Assembly: GCA_026936335.1 (NCBI GenBank)
Contig: JAPMXV010000053.1
Coordinates: 310,001-374,000 of the forward strand
Source: Mantamonas sphyraenae STR306
Lineage: Eukaryota; Protista; CRuMs
Length of the DNA stretch: 64,000 nt
Direction of reading: 5' to 3'
Shown here: one piece after another, positions 28,195-39,957 of the stretch
How positions within the stretch are numbered: the stretch's first letter is position 1
Layout: every line of letters begins with the position of its first letter
Notes under the pieces: model-generated
The model's input: the letters and a program-made list of their open reading frames with translations, nothing else
The model's database searches: none
Told to the model about the DNA's origin: nothing
Program-made: the position numbers and the translations under genes

Positions 28195-29617
28195 ATGTCG
28201 ACCACCGAGGCAAAAAGCAGCACCAAGAGCGGCTCAACCGCAATGGATAACAAGGAGCGCGAGGGGGTGCAGTTGAAGAAAGAGGCAGGAGGAGTGTACT
28301 ACGGTGAATACCTGCAGCTGGACAAGATCTTGGGCGCACAGCAACCAGAGTCTTGGAAGCACGGTCTGGAGCCCGAACAGGCTCATGAAGAGCTGCTCTT
28401 TATTATCATCCACCAGAGCTACGAACTGTGGTTCAAGCTGATCCTGCACGAACTCGACTCGATCCTCAAGATCTTTGCTTCGGACTACGTGCACTCGTCG
28501 TCCATGGGCACCATTGTGAACCGTCTGGAACGCATTGTGGAGGTGCAAACATCATTGATTTCTCAGCTGAAAGTGCTCGAGGTGGGTTGGCGGGAAGGGG
28601 AGCGCGCGAGCGTTTTAAAGAAAGGCGGTGGGATGTTGCATTGCTGGTTGCACTGATTCTCGGCCAGCTGACACGGCAGGACGCTTGGACGCGTGGAACT
28701 TGTGTGCAATGCACATGTCGGGTGTGCTGGTGGGGAAACATATGCAGACGATGACGCCGCAGTCGTTCATGCAGTTCCGCAGCTTTCTGACGCCTGCGTC
28801 GGGCTTTCAAAGCGTTCAGTTTCGGGTGTTGGAGAACAAGCTGGGCCTGCGCTCGACAGACCGCAAGCAGTACGAAAAGAGCGACTACAAGGCACGCTTC
28901 CGTGAGGAGGACGCAGAGGTGCTGAAGCAGAGCGAAGAGTCGGACTCTCTGCTGGAGGCGGTGGAGAGGTGGCTGGAGCGCACCCCGTTTCTGGAAATGG
29001 GCGACTTTCACTTCTGGACTGCGTACAAGGAAGGCATCGACAAGATGCTGGAGGAGGACAAGTCGAACATTGTGAACAACCAGCTGCTGGACGAGCACGA
29101 GGTGGAGGTGGAGCTGGAGCACTTTCAAGAAACGGTGACGTTCTTCGAGGTGCTTCTCGACCCTGAACGACACACTGACCTCGTGGAGCGCGGGGCCAGG
29201 CGTCTTTCGCACAAAGCTACGATGGCGGCCTTGCTGATTTTTCTGTATCAGAGCGAGCCTGTGTTCCAGATGCCCTTTAAAACCCTGTCGCTCTTGATTG
29301 ACATTGACGAGAACATGTGGAAGTGGCGCAACGCACACGCCATCATGGTGCACCGCATGATCGGAAGCAAGATTGGCACAGGTGGTTCGTCGGGCTACCA
29401 CTATCTGAAGGCCACCACAAAGGACAGCTACCGCGTGTTCCGCGACCTTTTCAACATGAGCACGTTCTTGATTCCGGAGAAGTATGTGCCCGAACTCCCG
29501 CGTGATCTGGTGGAAAACTGGAACGACGAAGACCAGGCGTTGCAGAAGCGTCACCGTGCGTTGCAGTCTGTGGACGCGGGGGACGAGGAAGAAGAGGAGG
29601 AGGAGGAGGAGGAATGA
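28195..29617 (+). CDS. TDO2: Tryptophan 2,3-dioxygenase
   Basis: YGEYLQLDKIL, HEELLFIIIHQSYELWFK, PASGFQSVQFR, MIGSKIGTGGSSGYHYL. Intron 28582-28747. Confidence 0.96.
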
Positions 29618-29645
29618 ATGGAACTTTCTTTTCCTCTTGATCTGG

Positions 29646-32600
29646 TCAATCCTCAAACCGCACATCGACCTGGTCCAGGTAGCTACGCAACCCCTGCAGG
29701 ACAGTGCGTGTACGCGCACGTTGTTGCTGCTTGCAGGCATCCTCGGAGAGGGCCGCGAGGGTGGAGACCATGGGCAGTCCCACCATGCCTCCGGAGCCCT
29801 TGAGGTCGTGGCTGAGCTTGGCCACCTTGCGGAACCACTCCTTCTGCTCCCTTGTGGAGTATTCGTTGAGGATGGTGTTGACGTCGGCCAGGCTCTGTTT
29901 CACAAACTTGGGCGTCAACTGGCGAAAGACTGGGCTGACGCGCGGGTGCAGCGCGTTCTTGTACATCGTCTTGATATCGTCCAGGGAGTCTGGGAAGTGG
30001 CGTTGGGACCTGCGCTTTTTGATGGTGGAACCATTGCCGAGTTCAAGGGTCGGAGTGGATGCAGCGGACGAGGACGAGGCTGAGGAGGCTGATGTCATGC
30101 CTGTTGCATCGTACTGCGTGCTGGCGTGGTACGAAGCCCTTGCGACGGTGGAAACGAGCACATCTGAAAGCGAATGCTCTTCGGGGATTCCCTCTGCCCC
30201 ACTTGAGCCGCTGAGACTAGAGCTGGCGCTTGTGGCCGCCGCTCCAATGCTGCTCTGGCTTGTGCTGTGAGGCAGCAAGGCGTTGCCGCTGCTTCGTCTC
30301 TTCTTTGTGGATGGACGCGTGTGGCTATGGGTGCTAACGGCGCTGCCAGAGACAACGCTGACGCTGCCGGTGCTCTGTTCGTCGTCCGTGGCCCACCCGT
30401 TCTCATCGAGGCCGCTCTCGCTGTTGTCCGTGGAGTTGTACTTGCGTTTGCGCGTATCCAAATGGATCCCGTTGGAACCAGGCACTGGTGTGCCTGGGAA
30501 GGAAAATGTACCTGCAGACGTCGAGGTAGGGCTGATTGCCTGGCTGCCGTGGCGCCACAGCATGCTTGTGAGACGGGTGTTGAGTATTTCTGACATCTCC
30601 GAGGAATTGATGGGACGTGCACGCAGCGGAGAGGCAGACGGAGACGACGACTGTGGGCTGTCGGAGCGGGAGTTGGCCTCCGAGTTTGTGTTGGAGTGGC
30701 TGGCCGAGCCTGTATGGCTGGTGGAGCTGGACGGAACCGAGTCGACCTTTGTGCGCATCTGCACCTCAATGGAGCGCCACACGTCGTCGGTGGAAATGGA
30801 TCCGACGGCCACGCGGCCGCCGTGAGCATAGACCTCAACCACGTCGAGCAGGGTTTGCCTTGGGCAGGGCTTGCTCATGTAATGCGAACAGCCGACGCTA
30901 AGGCATCGCTCGATCTCCGAGGACTGGACATCTGCGGTGAGGGCCACAATGGGCAGATCTGCAGGATCCGTTTCGCCTTCTTTGCGCAGGAGCTCGCGGA
31001 TGAGGGACGTGGCGCTGTAGCCATCCATGACGGGCATTTGCATGTCCATAAAGACGAGGTCGAAACGCTCGCCGTTGGCAAACATTTCTACGGCTTCCTT
31101 GCCGTCGTGGGCAAAGTGGAGCTCGTGATCCTGTCCTTGGAAGTGGGTTTTGAACACTTCGCGGTTGAGTTGGTTGTCCTCGACGATGAGGATGCGGAGC
31201 ACACGAAACTCTTCATGAGGTTCGACGACAATGTTGAGGCCGGAGAGCTGTTTCATGGCGGGCACGCTGAGGAACGAATTGCTGCGATAGTGCCACAGCA
31301 TTTTGACGAGCTGCTGCGTGCGGATGGGGCGGGAAAGCAGCTCGACGCCCAGCTGGGTCATGACGTCGTTGGGAAAGTAGCCATTGCGCGGGGCAATGAG
31401 AACGACAGGTTTGGGCTTGGCGTGGTCTGAAGGCTCCTGGTCCATGGCGGACGAATTCGGCTCGTTTGATGAGGATGTGGCAGACTGTGGTGAGTCCAGC
31501 TGGGCGTTGTGCTCATCCAACTTTTGCTCCATGTCGCGACAAAACTTGCTGAGCTCGGCGAGCGTGACGTCGGGCTCGGCCAGGAAAGGAGAGGCCAACG
31601 AGGAGGTGGAGTGCGGTGAGGTTGGAAGGGGATGGTCCAGATCGTCAGCGATGGTAGGGTCAATGTTGACTGTGGTTGGTGTTGCGGTGGAAGTGGCGAC
31701 GACTGCGTTTTTGGCGATGGTTGCGGCGGATGCCTTTGACGAGGCGTGAAGTTGGTCATCCATGTCGGTGCCATCTGTGAAACGCTGATAGGGGTTCTCC
31801 ACATCCATGATGCCTTTGCGTACCGCGGCCTTGGTGGCAACCTTGGTGAAGAACTGGTCTGTGTCGAGGATGACGTGGACGACGCGCTTGTTGTGCGGCA
31901 GTTCTATGTCGCGTGCCTCCTGCATGGAGTGGACAATGATGACGTCCACGTTCATGAGCGTGAAAATGCACTCGAGGGTTTCGCAAAGGACGTCGCTCTT
32001 GCTGACAAAGACGAGGGCCGGCGTGGTGAGGGAGAGGGTGAGGGGTTTGGGCGGGTGGACGATTGGATCGCGTTTGACGCGCAGCTGGGCGTAAACACGA
32101 AAGTGGAACCCTGGCCCACTTGGCTGTCCACGAAAATGTCGCCATCCATCATCAGGGCAACCTGCTTGGCAATGGTGAGCCCCAGGCCCGAGCCTCCGTA
32201 GCGACGTGTGACGGTGGCGTCGGCCTGAACGAACTTGTCGAAAATGGTTCGGAGCTTCTCCGGCGTGATTCCAATGCCCGTGTCTTCAACTTCGATGACG
32301 AGGATGCGGATGTCGCCGCTGAGGTCAACCTGGTTCGTAATGGACCCGTTGGGGGCGACCGGGCAAAGACCCTCGAGATCCATGGCATCCTTCGAGTTCT
32401 TGCGTGGTTTGCAAGGAGCCACCTTTGCCTTTCCTTTTGCTTTGGAGTCAAAGGAGGAGGAAGAGGGGGCGCTGGGAGGATGTGGCGACGGGATCGGGGA
32501 GGAGGAGCGAGGCCGGGAGGTAATCCGCATCATTCCCTGCTTATCGACGTGGTAGGCAGTGCGATGGTAGGCTGTGGGCAGTGGAATGTAATTGTGGAGG

Positions 32601-34233
32601 CCGTTGACAGCGTCGATGAGGTGGCGGACCTTGCTCTCGGAGCGCGGGGTTGTGAGGAAGCCTGGTTCGGCACGGAGCTCGAGGAGTTTTTCGGTGCTGG
32701 ATTTGTCGAGAAGGTACATGCGAGACTTGATCGAACCTTTTTGGCAGAACTTGCGCGCGTTGTTGATGAGGTTCTGAAGAATTTGGCGGAGGCGAAAAGC
32801 GTCAACCTCGTACTGTTCGCTGAGGGCAAGGAGAGAGGGTGGATAGCAGCAGGTCATCTCGAGATCACTGCTGCTGTTTGGATCCTGCGCGTTCTCATAT
32901 GCAAAGAGTTCCACTGTTTGCTCGAGCATTGAAAAGAGCTGGTGGAGGTGGACGACAGAGGTCTCTTTGCGGCTGAGGCCGCTCTCAAGCTTGCTCATCT
33001 CCAGGACATCGTTGACAATGCGCAGGAGAGAGATGGAGGAGAGCATGGCGGTGTTGACGACGCGGCGCTGCAGCTTGGAGGTGCAAATCTGGTCGATATA
33101 CTGGAGCATGCCGTAGATGCCATTGAGAGGGGTGCGCAACTCGTGGCTCATGTTGGCCATGAACGCCATCTGGGAGCTTTGGGCAAGTTCGGCGTCCTCC
33201 TTGGCGCGTTGGAGTTCGGTTTGGGTGCGTTTGGTTTCAGTGATGTCCAGCTCGTGGACAAGGAGAGCGTCGCGGTTTGACACGGGGTCCTTGATCTTGA
33301 TGACCTCAAGCTCCATGTACAGAGGTGGGCTGGTTGCAGAGGGCGACGGGTGGTTGGGGATGGTGGGGCACGAGTGTGTGAGGAGGGGGTTCAGAAGGCA
33401 GCGCAGAAAATCGCCTGGAAGGGGAAAAAAGGGAAACCAGTGGGAGGAGGGCGCACGCAAACCGGAAGTGCGGTCACTTACTTGGTGTAATACTGAACGC
33501 CGTGATAGAGGCGCGTGCCGGGGGAGGCGTCTTGGACGCGAGAGAGCAGGTCTTTGGCGTCGACCTTGTTCTGAAAGTGGGAATGGATGGTTCCGCGAAC
33601 TTCCTTGGCAAGGCCCTTTTGCTGGGAGAGAGCAGCAGGGTTGTAGAGAAGAGGCTGGGAGCCGTCTGCGGTGTACATGGAAAACAGAGTGGGGGAATAC
33701 TCCATGGTGGCGACGTTGCGCAGGAGGAGGGGGTCGTTTGTGCGAAGTGCTTCGATGGTCACCAGCATCCTCATGGAGACGACGCGCTCGCTCTTTGTCG
33801 CGAGATCCACCTTGCCACCCTCAAACTCGGTGACAATTGGAATCTTTGCGGGCACGACCGTGTCCTTGTACATCCAGAACGGGGAGAAGGTGCGGTTGGC
33901 AACCACCGTGCCGTTTGGGGTAGATTCCTTCCACGTCTGCGTGAACTGGAACTGCTCACGGTTGCGGAGGAGACTGGCAACGTTGTCAATCTGTTGCTGG
34001 GCAGCCTCTGCAGTGTCACAGAGGTCGAGATCGCTGACAGAGTCGACGCCAAAGAACTGAAGGGCAGGCCCGTTGGCCCACATCCACTCGTAGGTCTCGG
34101 CATTGAGGAGCAGGATGGGGGTGGGCACAAGTTCGTACACGTGGAGGAGGCTGAGCCTGTCCCACACGTACGAGGCCATCATGGACCTGATTTGCTTGTC
34201 AAACGGATCAGCGGGGTCTTTGGCCGCGGACAT
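29646..34233 (-). CDS. Soluble hybrid histidine kinase: PAS-like x2 - HisKA - HATPase - degenerate REC - REC - HPt
   Basis: FMANMSHELRTPLNGI, QILQNLINNARKF, DTGIGI, FVQADATVTRRYGGSGLGL, DLVFMDMQMPVMDG, C-terminal LSHDLKGSGGMVG. Intron 33481-33330; one-base frameshift near 32086-32092. Confidence 0.9.
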
Positions 34234-34457
34234 CGCTTTCTGCAGTGATGGATTTCGTTGGTTGTGGCAGAGGCGAGAAAGGAGGCCGATGGGTGTGGGG
34301 ACAGGGGTTGGGAACGGAAAGGACAGAGGGAAGGGAGAGATGAGAGGGAGGCAGCGTCTCTGTGGACAGAAAGAAGGCAAGGAGCAAGGACCGGTGTTGA
34401 GTCGTGCGTTGCAGCCCGGGGCCAAAATGCAACGTCGGATGGCTGTCTTCATTGTGT

Positions 34458-35618
34458 TCAGCGCATCACCCCACCACGGAAACCATTGAACGGCAGTGCC
34501 ACAAAAACATAAACAAGGAGGAGGAAGAGAAGGCAGAAAACAAAGATGACGTGGAAGGAGGTGGTGGCGGCGAGGTCGACGAGTTTGTCGACGTTGGGCC
34601 AGAGGAGGAGGTGGGAAGAGGCTGGGCTGTCATCCAGGAAGCTGAGCCAATCGTGGACAAGGTCGCGCTGGCGATAGAGATAGGCGGTGAGCTGGTGGAC
34701 CGGAGGTGATTCGTCTGTGTCTGCAGAGGATCGGGCCAGTGTCACAACGCCAAACAGCTGCATGGAGGCCAAGGATGTATGCGAATCGCCGTGCGCTTCA
34801 GTGGAGGCCAGGGCGGCATCGAGATCGTCCAAAGCCTTTGTGAGCTGTGGCCTTGCGTCGTCGCGCATGCCACAGGAGGCCATGGCAATGCCCAAGCGCA
34901 CACGTGTGTCTATACATGCGAGAGAGTCGTCAGGAAAGGCCGCTCGACGGGATTGCAAAGCTGTGTGGAGGATTCGGACGCACTGGCGCAGATCGCTCCC
35001 AGCCTGCTCCAGGAGACGCGCCTGGAGCTGAAGACAGCGTGCATAGACCTCCGCAAAGGGCCCATATGTGTAGACACTGGCGTGTGAGGCGCGTTTGCTC
35101 TGTGAGTCGGCCCATTTCTGGCAGAGCTCGACGCTGAGCCGGGCGTGTTCCAACGCGGCGTCACGGTGCGGCGGATCGCTCTGTGCGTAAAGCCAGGCAA
35201 TATTGTGCATGGTGAGGGCTGTTTCCCAGTGTTCCTGGCCGTACAGACTCTCTTTGAGGGTGAGGACTTGTTGTTCGAGCTCCAAGCTGGCGGGGAAATC
35301 GCCACGCTGGCGCTTGAGCGTAGCAGCCTGTTCCAGAAGGCTGCACTCTGTGCTGGCAGCGGATCCGCCCTCACCGTCCGCAGACGAGGAGGACGCAGAG
35401 GAGAATGGGGCAGTGTCGGTTCGGCCCAGGGCTTGCTGGACGGCAATGACAGACTCCAAGACGTCGTCGGCAGCCTGATATTGGCCGTCCATGGACCAAT
35501 GCTGTGCAATGGTAGAGTTTATCCTGACCCATTCGTGGGCGCCGTGTCGTGCATCGTGTGGCTTGGGCCGTTCCCGCTTGGACATGGGATTGGGTGCGTG
35601 CGATGGGGCATTTTCCAT
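34458..35618 (-). CDS. TPR (kinesin-light-chain-like repeat) protein with C-terminal hydrophobic anchor
   Basis: LKESLYGQEHWETALTMHNIAWLY-type TPR repeats; terminal VIFVFCLLFLLLVYVFVAL. Confidence 0.7.
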   Translation of the reverse strand: MENAPSHAPNPMSKRERPKPHDARHGAHEWVRINSTIAQHWSMDGQYQAADDVLESVIAVQQALGRTDTAPFSSASSSSADGEGGSAASTECSLLEQAATLKRQRGDFPASLELEQQVLTLKESLYGQEHWETALTMHNIAWLYAQSDPPHRDAALEHARLSVELCQKWADSQSKRASHASVYTYGPFAEVYARCLQLQARLLEQAGSDLRQCVRILHTALQSRRAAFPDDSLACIDTRVRLGIAMASCGMRDDARPQLTKALDDLDAALASTEAHGDSHTSLASMQLFGVVTLARSSADTDESPPVHQLTAYLYRQRDLVHDWLSFLDDSPASSHLLLWPNVDKLVDLAATTSFHVIFVFCLLFLLLVYVFVALPFNGFRGGVMR

Positions 35619-35651
35619 TCATTCCTGTCCAATCAAGCATGAGGAGCAAGC

Positions 35652-37257
35652 TCACAGCTTGAGAAGAGACAGCTTGAAGTCTTCGAGAGCCACCTTGCCC
35701 TCTTCCATCTGCTCGGTGTCGTCAAAGGCTTGCTGGATCTCCTCGGGGCTGACGTCGAGGTACAGGTCTTCCAGAATCTGGGTGATCTCCTCAATGGTGA
35801 ATGCCTCTGTCTTGCGCTCCTGCAGGTCGCGCTCGTACGTCACATGAGGCTGGAGGGTCTGGTGGGCGTCGAGCTCGTCGCCATAGTTCTGTTCAGGAAA
35901 AGGGGGGATGCGGTGTGGGGCGGAATGTGTAAGTGGTGGTGGATGGGACAATGGGCAATGACGAAACAGTGACAAAACAGTGCGGGATGCGTGCGGTACG
36001 TATACCCCCTGGCACATACATAGTTGTCTCCCAGGCTGCGGACCTTGGGCGGGTTCTTGTCGCTGCGGATGGACGGGAGGCCAAAGGTGCGCTCGGTGTC
36101 GACGGTCTCCATGTGCTTGGCCAGCGTGCGGCTGTTGTACTTGTAGCTGCGCCCCAGGTCTGCGTCTGGTTCAAGGTCGTCGCCGCCCATGTAGCCAAAA
36201 ATGACCTCTTGCGGGGTGGTTTCGTTGGATTTGTCGCGAATGGAAGGCTCGCCAAAGACGGCGTTCTCACCAACGGTGTCCTTAATGGAGCCCTGCTTGA
36301 GAAGAGACTGGCCAGGGACAGCCTTGCGCTTGGTGCGGAACTCGGCAACGTGTTTGGGGACAATCTTTGTGATCTTGCCTGTGTGGGGATTGCGGCGCAC
36401 GTACTCGTCCTGGTTGGTGGACTCCCACTTGAGGGTGTCGTTGACATGCTTGTCGTCTGCGCCAGACTTGCTGCCGAAGCGAAAGTCGAGCGGGTCGACC
36501 TTCCAGTCGTAGTTGCGAGAGAGTTGTTCGCCGGGGTCGCTGCGCCCATGCGACGTCTTGTACAGTTGCTTGGTTGCCTCATCCTCCAACTCCTCGTCGG
36601 ATTCGTACTGGGCCGGGTAAAGGACCTCCTTGGCCTCCTCGCCCGTGTCGGTGTGTTCAATCTTGCTGCCAAAGCGGAAGTCCTCCGTCTGGGTCCAGTC
36701 GGGGAGGTCGTAGTGGGTGGCACCCTTGCCCAGTGGGGCATCGCGAGCACTCTTGTAAACCCGTTCGCGCTCAGTCTCGTTTTCCTGCATGATGAGGGAT
36801 TGTTCGGGGGGGCGGAGCAGCGGCATGGCCTGGGCAGTCGCCGCGAGACAAAGAATAGCACACACGGAACCGGGGAGAAGGGGCAATGTGAGCATACGTG
36901 GGTGGGTAGCGCGTGTATGGAGAAGGCAAAAGAATCCGGTGTCGAGAGGGAAGCGGAGAAATGGAAAGGGCCCTGCGACGAGGGACCTGGGCTCCGTGTG
37001 GAGACGGCAACGGTCGATTTTGGCGAACAACTCACGCTGTCGATCTTGTGTGTTTTGACGCCAAAGGAGAAGTCTGCGTCGACGGGAAGTTGGTCGTTGG
37101 CGCTTCCATGGTGAGGGACACGTACACCGGGCTGGTGGTTCGTGCGGAAGGGTTTGAGGGTGTCTGGGGTGTCTGTGCGCTGGGCGTCAAAGCTCGAGAG
37201 GGTCTCTCGTGCCTCCTGACCCCTCTGGAATGCAACGGTCTCGGTTCGATTCTGCAT
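35652..37257 (-). CDS. EFHB: EF-hand domain family member B / CFAP21 (ciliary microtubule inner protein)
   Basis: VYKSARDAPLGKG, DPGEQLSRNYDW, DADLGRS, TFGLPSIRSD, NYGDE. Introns 37035-36830 and 36019-35889. Confidence 0.85.
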
Positions 37258-39950
37258 GGGTGCATGGGTGTGAGTTGGCGGTGGTCGGACTGGTGCTGGA
37301 TGGATGGCATGTGCGTACGAGTGACATGGTCTTGGCTGCGCGTGCGCAAGCAAACCCGAACCTGTGCGTTGATCAGTGGGGCAGAGTGTGGCTTGAGAGT
37401 GTCTCGTGTGGGAGCGTGTGGACTGTGGGAGCGTGGGCGTGAGGTGGGAAGAGATGTGCTTGGGAGTAGGGGTGCGTGTGTGGGTGGTTGAAGTTGGTGG
37501 AGTTGGGTAGCTGTGCATGGGTGTATGGAGATAGATGGGGATGAACAGGGAGGAGGAGGAGAGGGATGGGAGGGGTGTGGCGGGTATGGAGAGGAGAATG
37601 TGGATGTGGGATGTGTGTGGAAGGCATGGATGCGGGTGGAAGTGGTTGAGGGGAATCTAGCCGTTTGTGCAGGCGAGGGGAGTGAGGAGCTAGAGTGAGG
37701 GGACACTGACACAGGAGGGCACTGGGATGGGATGTGGATGTGTGGACGACCGACGTGGACAGGTAGCAGAGGATGAACATGGAAATTGATCATGTGTACA
37801 CAAAGGCGAGGCGTGCGTTTGGTCGGCAGCTGTTCCTCTCGGACCGTGCAGCTGTGGTGAACTGCGACATCCAACCGGACGGGGAGCTGAACAACGAGTT
37901 TGTTGTGGTGAATCCGCGGGAGGTGGGGATCCAGTGTGCGCCAGAGATGTCTGTGCACGAGGTGGGGACGGAGGAGCGAGAGACAAAGAACCACGGTGTG
38001 TTGCACGAAGAAGGCGGGTGGCCAGCGACGGTGGACTACACGGACAAGGAGATGACGAAGCGGTACAGGCGGCATGAGGAGAAGAACGAGCAGTTTATCA
38101 GCGCGATGCGGCAGCTGGGGGACTCGACAGAGAAGTACCTGCGGCAGAACATCAGTGTGGACATCTACGAGGAGTTTTTCAGCGACGGGTACGGGGAGAT
38201 GGCGAGCGAGAGCCCGTCGGCAAAGAACATTGCGTTCTTCCGGTAAGTTTTTGTGAGGTTGGGGGAAAGATGGGGTCGGGGGGTGTGGAGGAAGGGGCAA
38301 GGGGATGGGGATGGTGTGGGTGGAGGGTGGAAGAGAGAGAGGGGAGGGAGGATGTTGGCGGGAAACGGGCGGGGGAAGGAGAGGGAGTGGTTGGTGAGGA
38401 AAGGGGTGTTTGAGTGGATGGGCATTGACACAAGGGGCATGTGTGTGTGTGTGTGTATGTGTGTGCAGGGATCCGAACGAGATCCCGAGGACGGCGTGCA
38501 CGATCTCGTGGGAACCAGAGAGCACACGGAAGCTTGCGGTTGCGTATTGCATCATGGAGTTTCAGCAGATGCCGATGGGGGTGTCGCTGAGCTCGTACAT
38601 CTGGGACATTGACAACACAAACTACCCGGACAAGGAGCTGATACCGCCGTCGCCGCTGTGCTGCCTGGAGTACAACCCGAAGGATCCGACACAACTTGTG
38701 GGAGGCGGGTACAACGGAGTGGTGTGCTGGTTTGACACGAGGAAGGGAGCAAAGCCTGTGCACCACAGTGCGATTGAAAAGTCGCACCAAGACCCAGTGT
38801 ACAAGGCGCTGTGGGTGAAGAGCAACGCCAACGAGTTTCTGTCTGTGTCGACGGACGGTAATGTGTTTTACTGGGACACGCGTAAGCTGTCTGAGCCTGT
38901 GTCGACGTTGCAGCTGAATCCGCTGGGGAACGATGCGATTCTTGGAGGAGTGACGGTGGACTACGATGCAAGCCTGCCGCACCGATTCCTTGTGGGAACA
39001 GAGCAAGGGCAGGCGCTGCTGTGCAACATGCGTGCAAAGTGGGTTGTGAGAGGAAGAGAGGGAGTGTGTGAGAGGACGAGAGAGTGTGTGAGGGGGGAGT
39101 TGGAAGAAGAGAGAAGCTGACACGGATGAGGACACCACACGGCACACGGCACACGGCACGGGACGGATGCAACGCAGGACCCCGCAAGACATCATTGAAC
39201 GGCAGTATGCGGGACACCACGGACCTGTGTATGCAGTGCAGAGGAAGCCCGGGTTCTCAAAGTACTTTTTGACGGTGGGAGACTGGACGGCACGGATCTG
39301 GCACGAAGACCTGCCGGAGGCGCCGATCATTACGACACGGTACGACAGCACGTATCTGACGGACGGATGCTGGAGCCCGACGCGACCAGGAGTGTTCTTT
39401 ACGTCGAAACTGGACGGGACACTGGACGTGTGGGACTACTTGTACAAGCAGAACGAGCCGATCCTGCCGATTCCAAAGGTGTCTGGGTCTGGATTGCACT
39501 GTTTGCGAGTGACGAACGATGGACAGTATGTGGCGTGTGGTGGAAAGGACGGATCGACGACAGTGTACGAGCTGTGCAGCAGCCTGTACAAGCCGCAGCC
39601 GAACGAGCTGCAGAGCATCCGAAGCATGTTTGAGCGTGAGGTGAAGCGGGAGAAGAACCTGCGTGAGCGGCGACAGAAGGAGGCGTACAGCCGGCAACGA
39701 CGACAGGAGAGCAGTAGCTCGTCGACGAAGAAGGAGGATGTGCCTGAGAGTGTGCTGAAGGCTGTGGAGGACGAGTTCTGGGAGATTGTGAGGAGCGAGG
39801 GGCAGAACGAGGAAGGGATGAACGCAGGAGAGACGGAGCACTCGTCGTCGTCGGCAGGGACGCTGAACACGCAGGGGAGCGGAGGGAGCAACAACAGCGA
39901 TGGTGAAGATGTGCAAATCGAATGAATGAGGATGCATTGAGACTCCACAG
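37247..39950 (+). repeat. ~2.7 kb direct repeat, copy 1 (upstream region + DNAI2)
   Basis: Aligns by eye with 45739-48449, including the upstream region and both introns. Confidence 0.95.
37773..39925 (+). CDS. DNAI2: Outer-arm dynein intermediate chain 2 (IC2/ODA6), copy 1
   Basis: MEIDHVYTKARRAFGRQ, HEEGGWP, WD repeats, GHHGPVYAVQR, WSPTRPGVFF, MFEREVKREKNL. Introns 38243-38468 and 39039-39177. Confidence 0.94.
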
Positions 39951-39957
39951 ACCTGAA

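Noticed and set aside
39039-39177. DNAI2 copy 1 appears frameshifted relative to copy 2 in the ORF track
   Set aside because: The difference lies inside intron 2 (139 vs 138 nt); the spliced products are equivalent.
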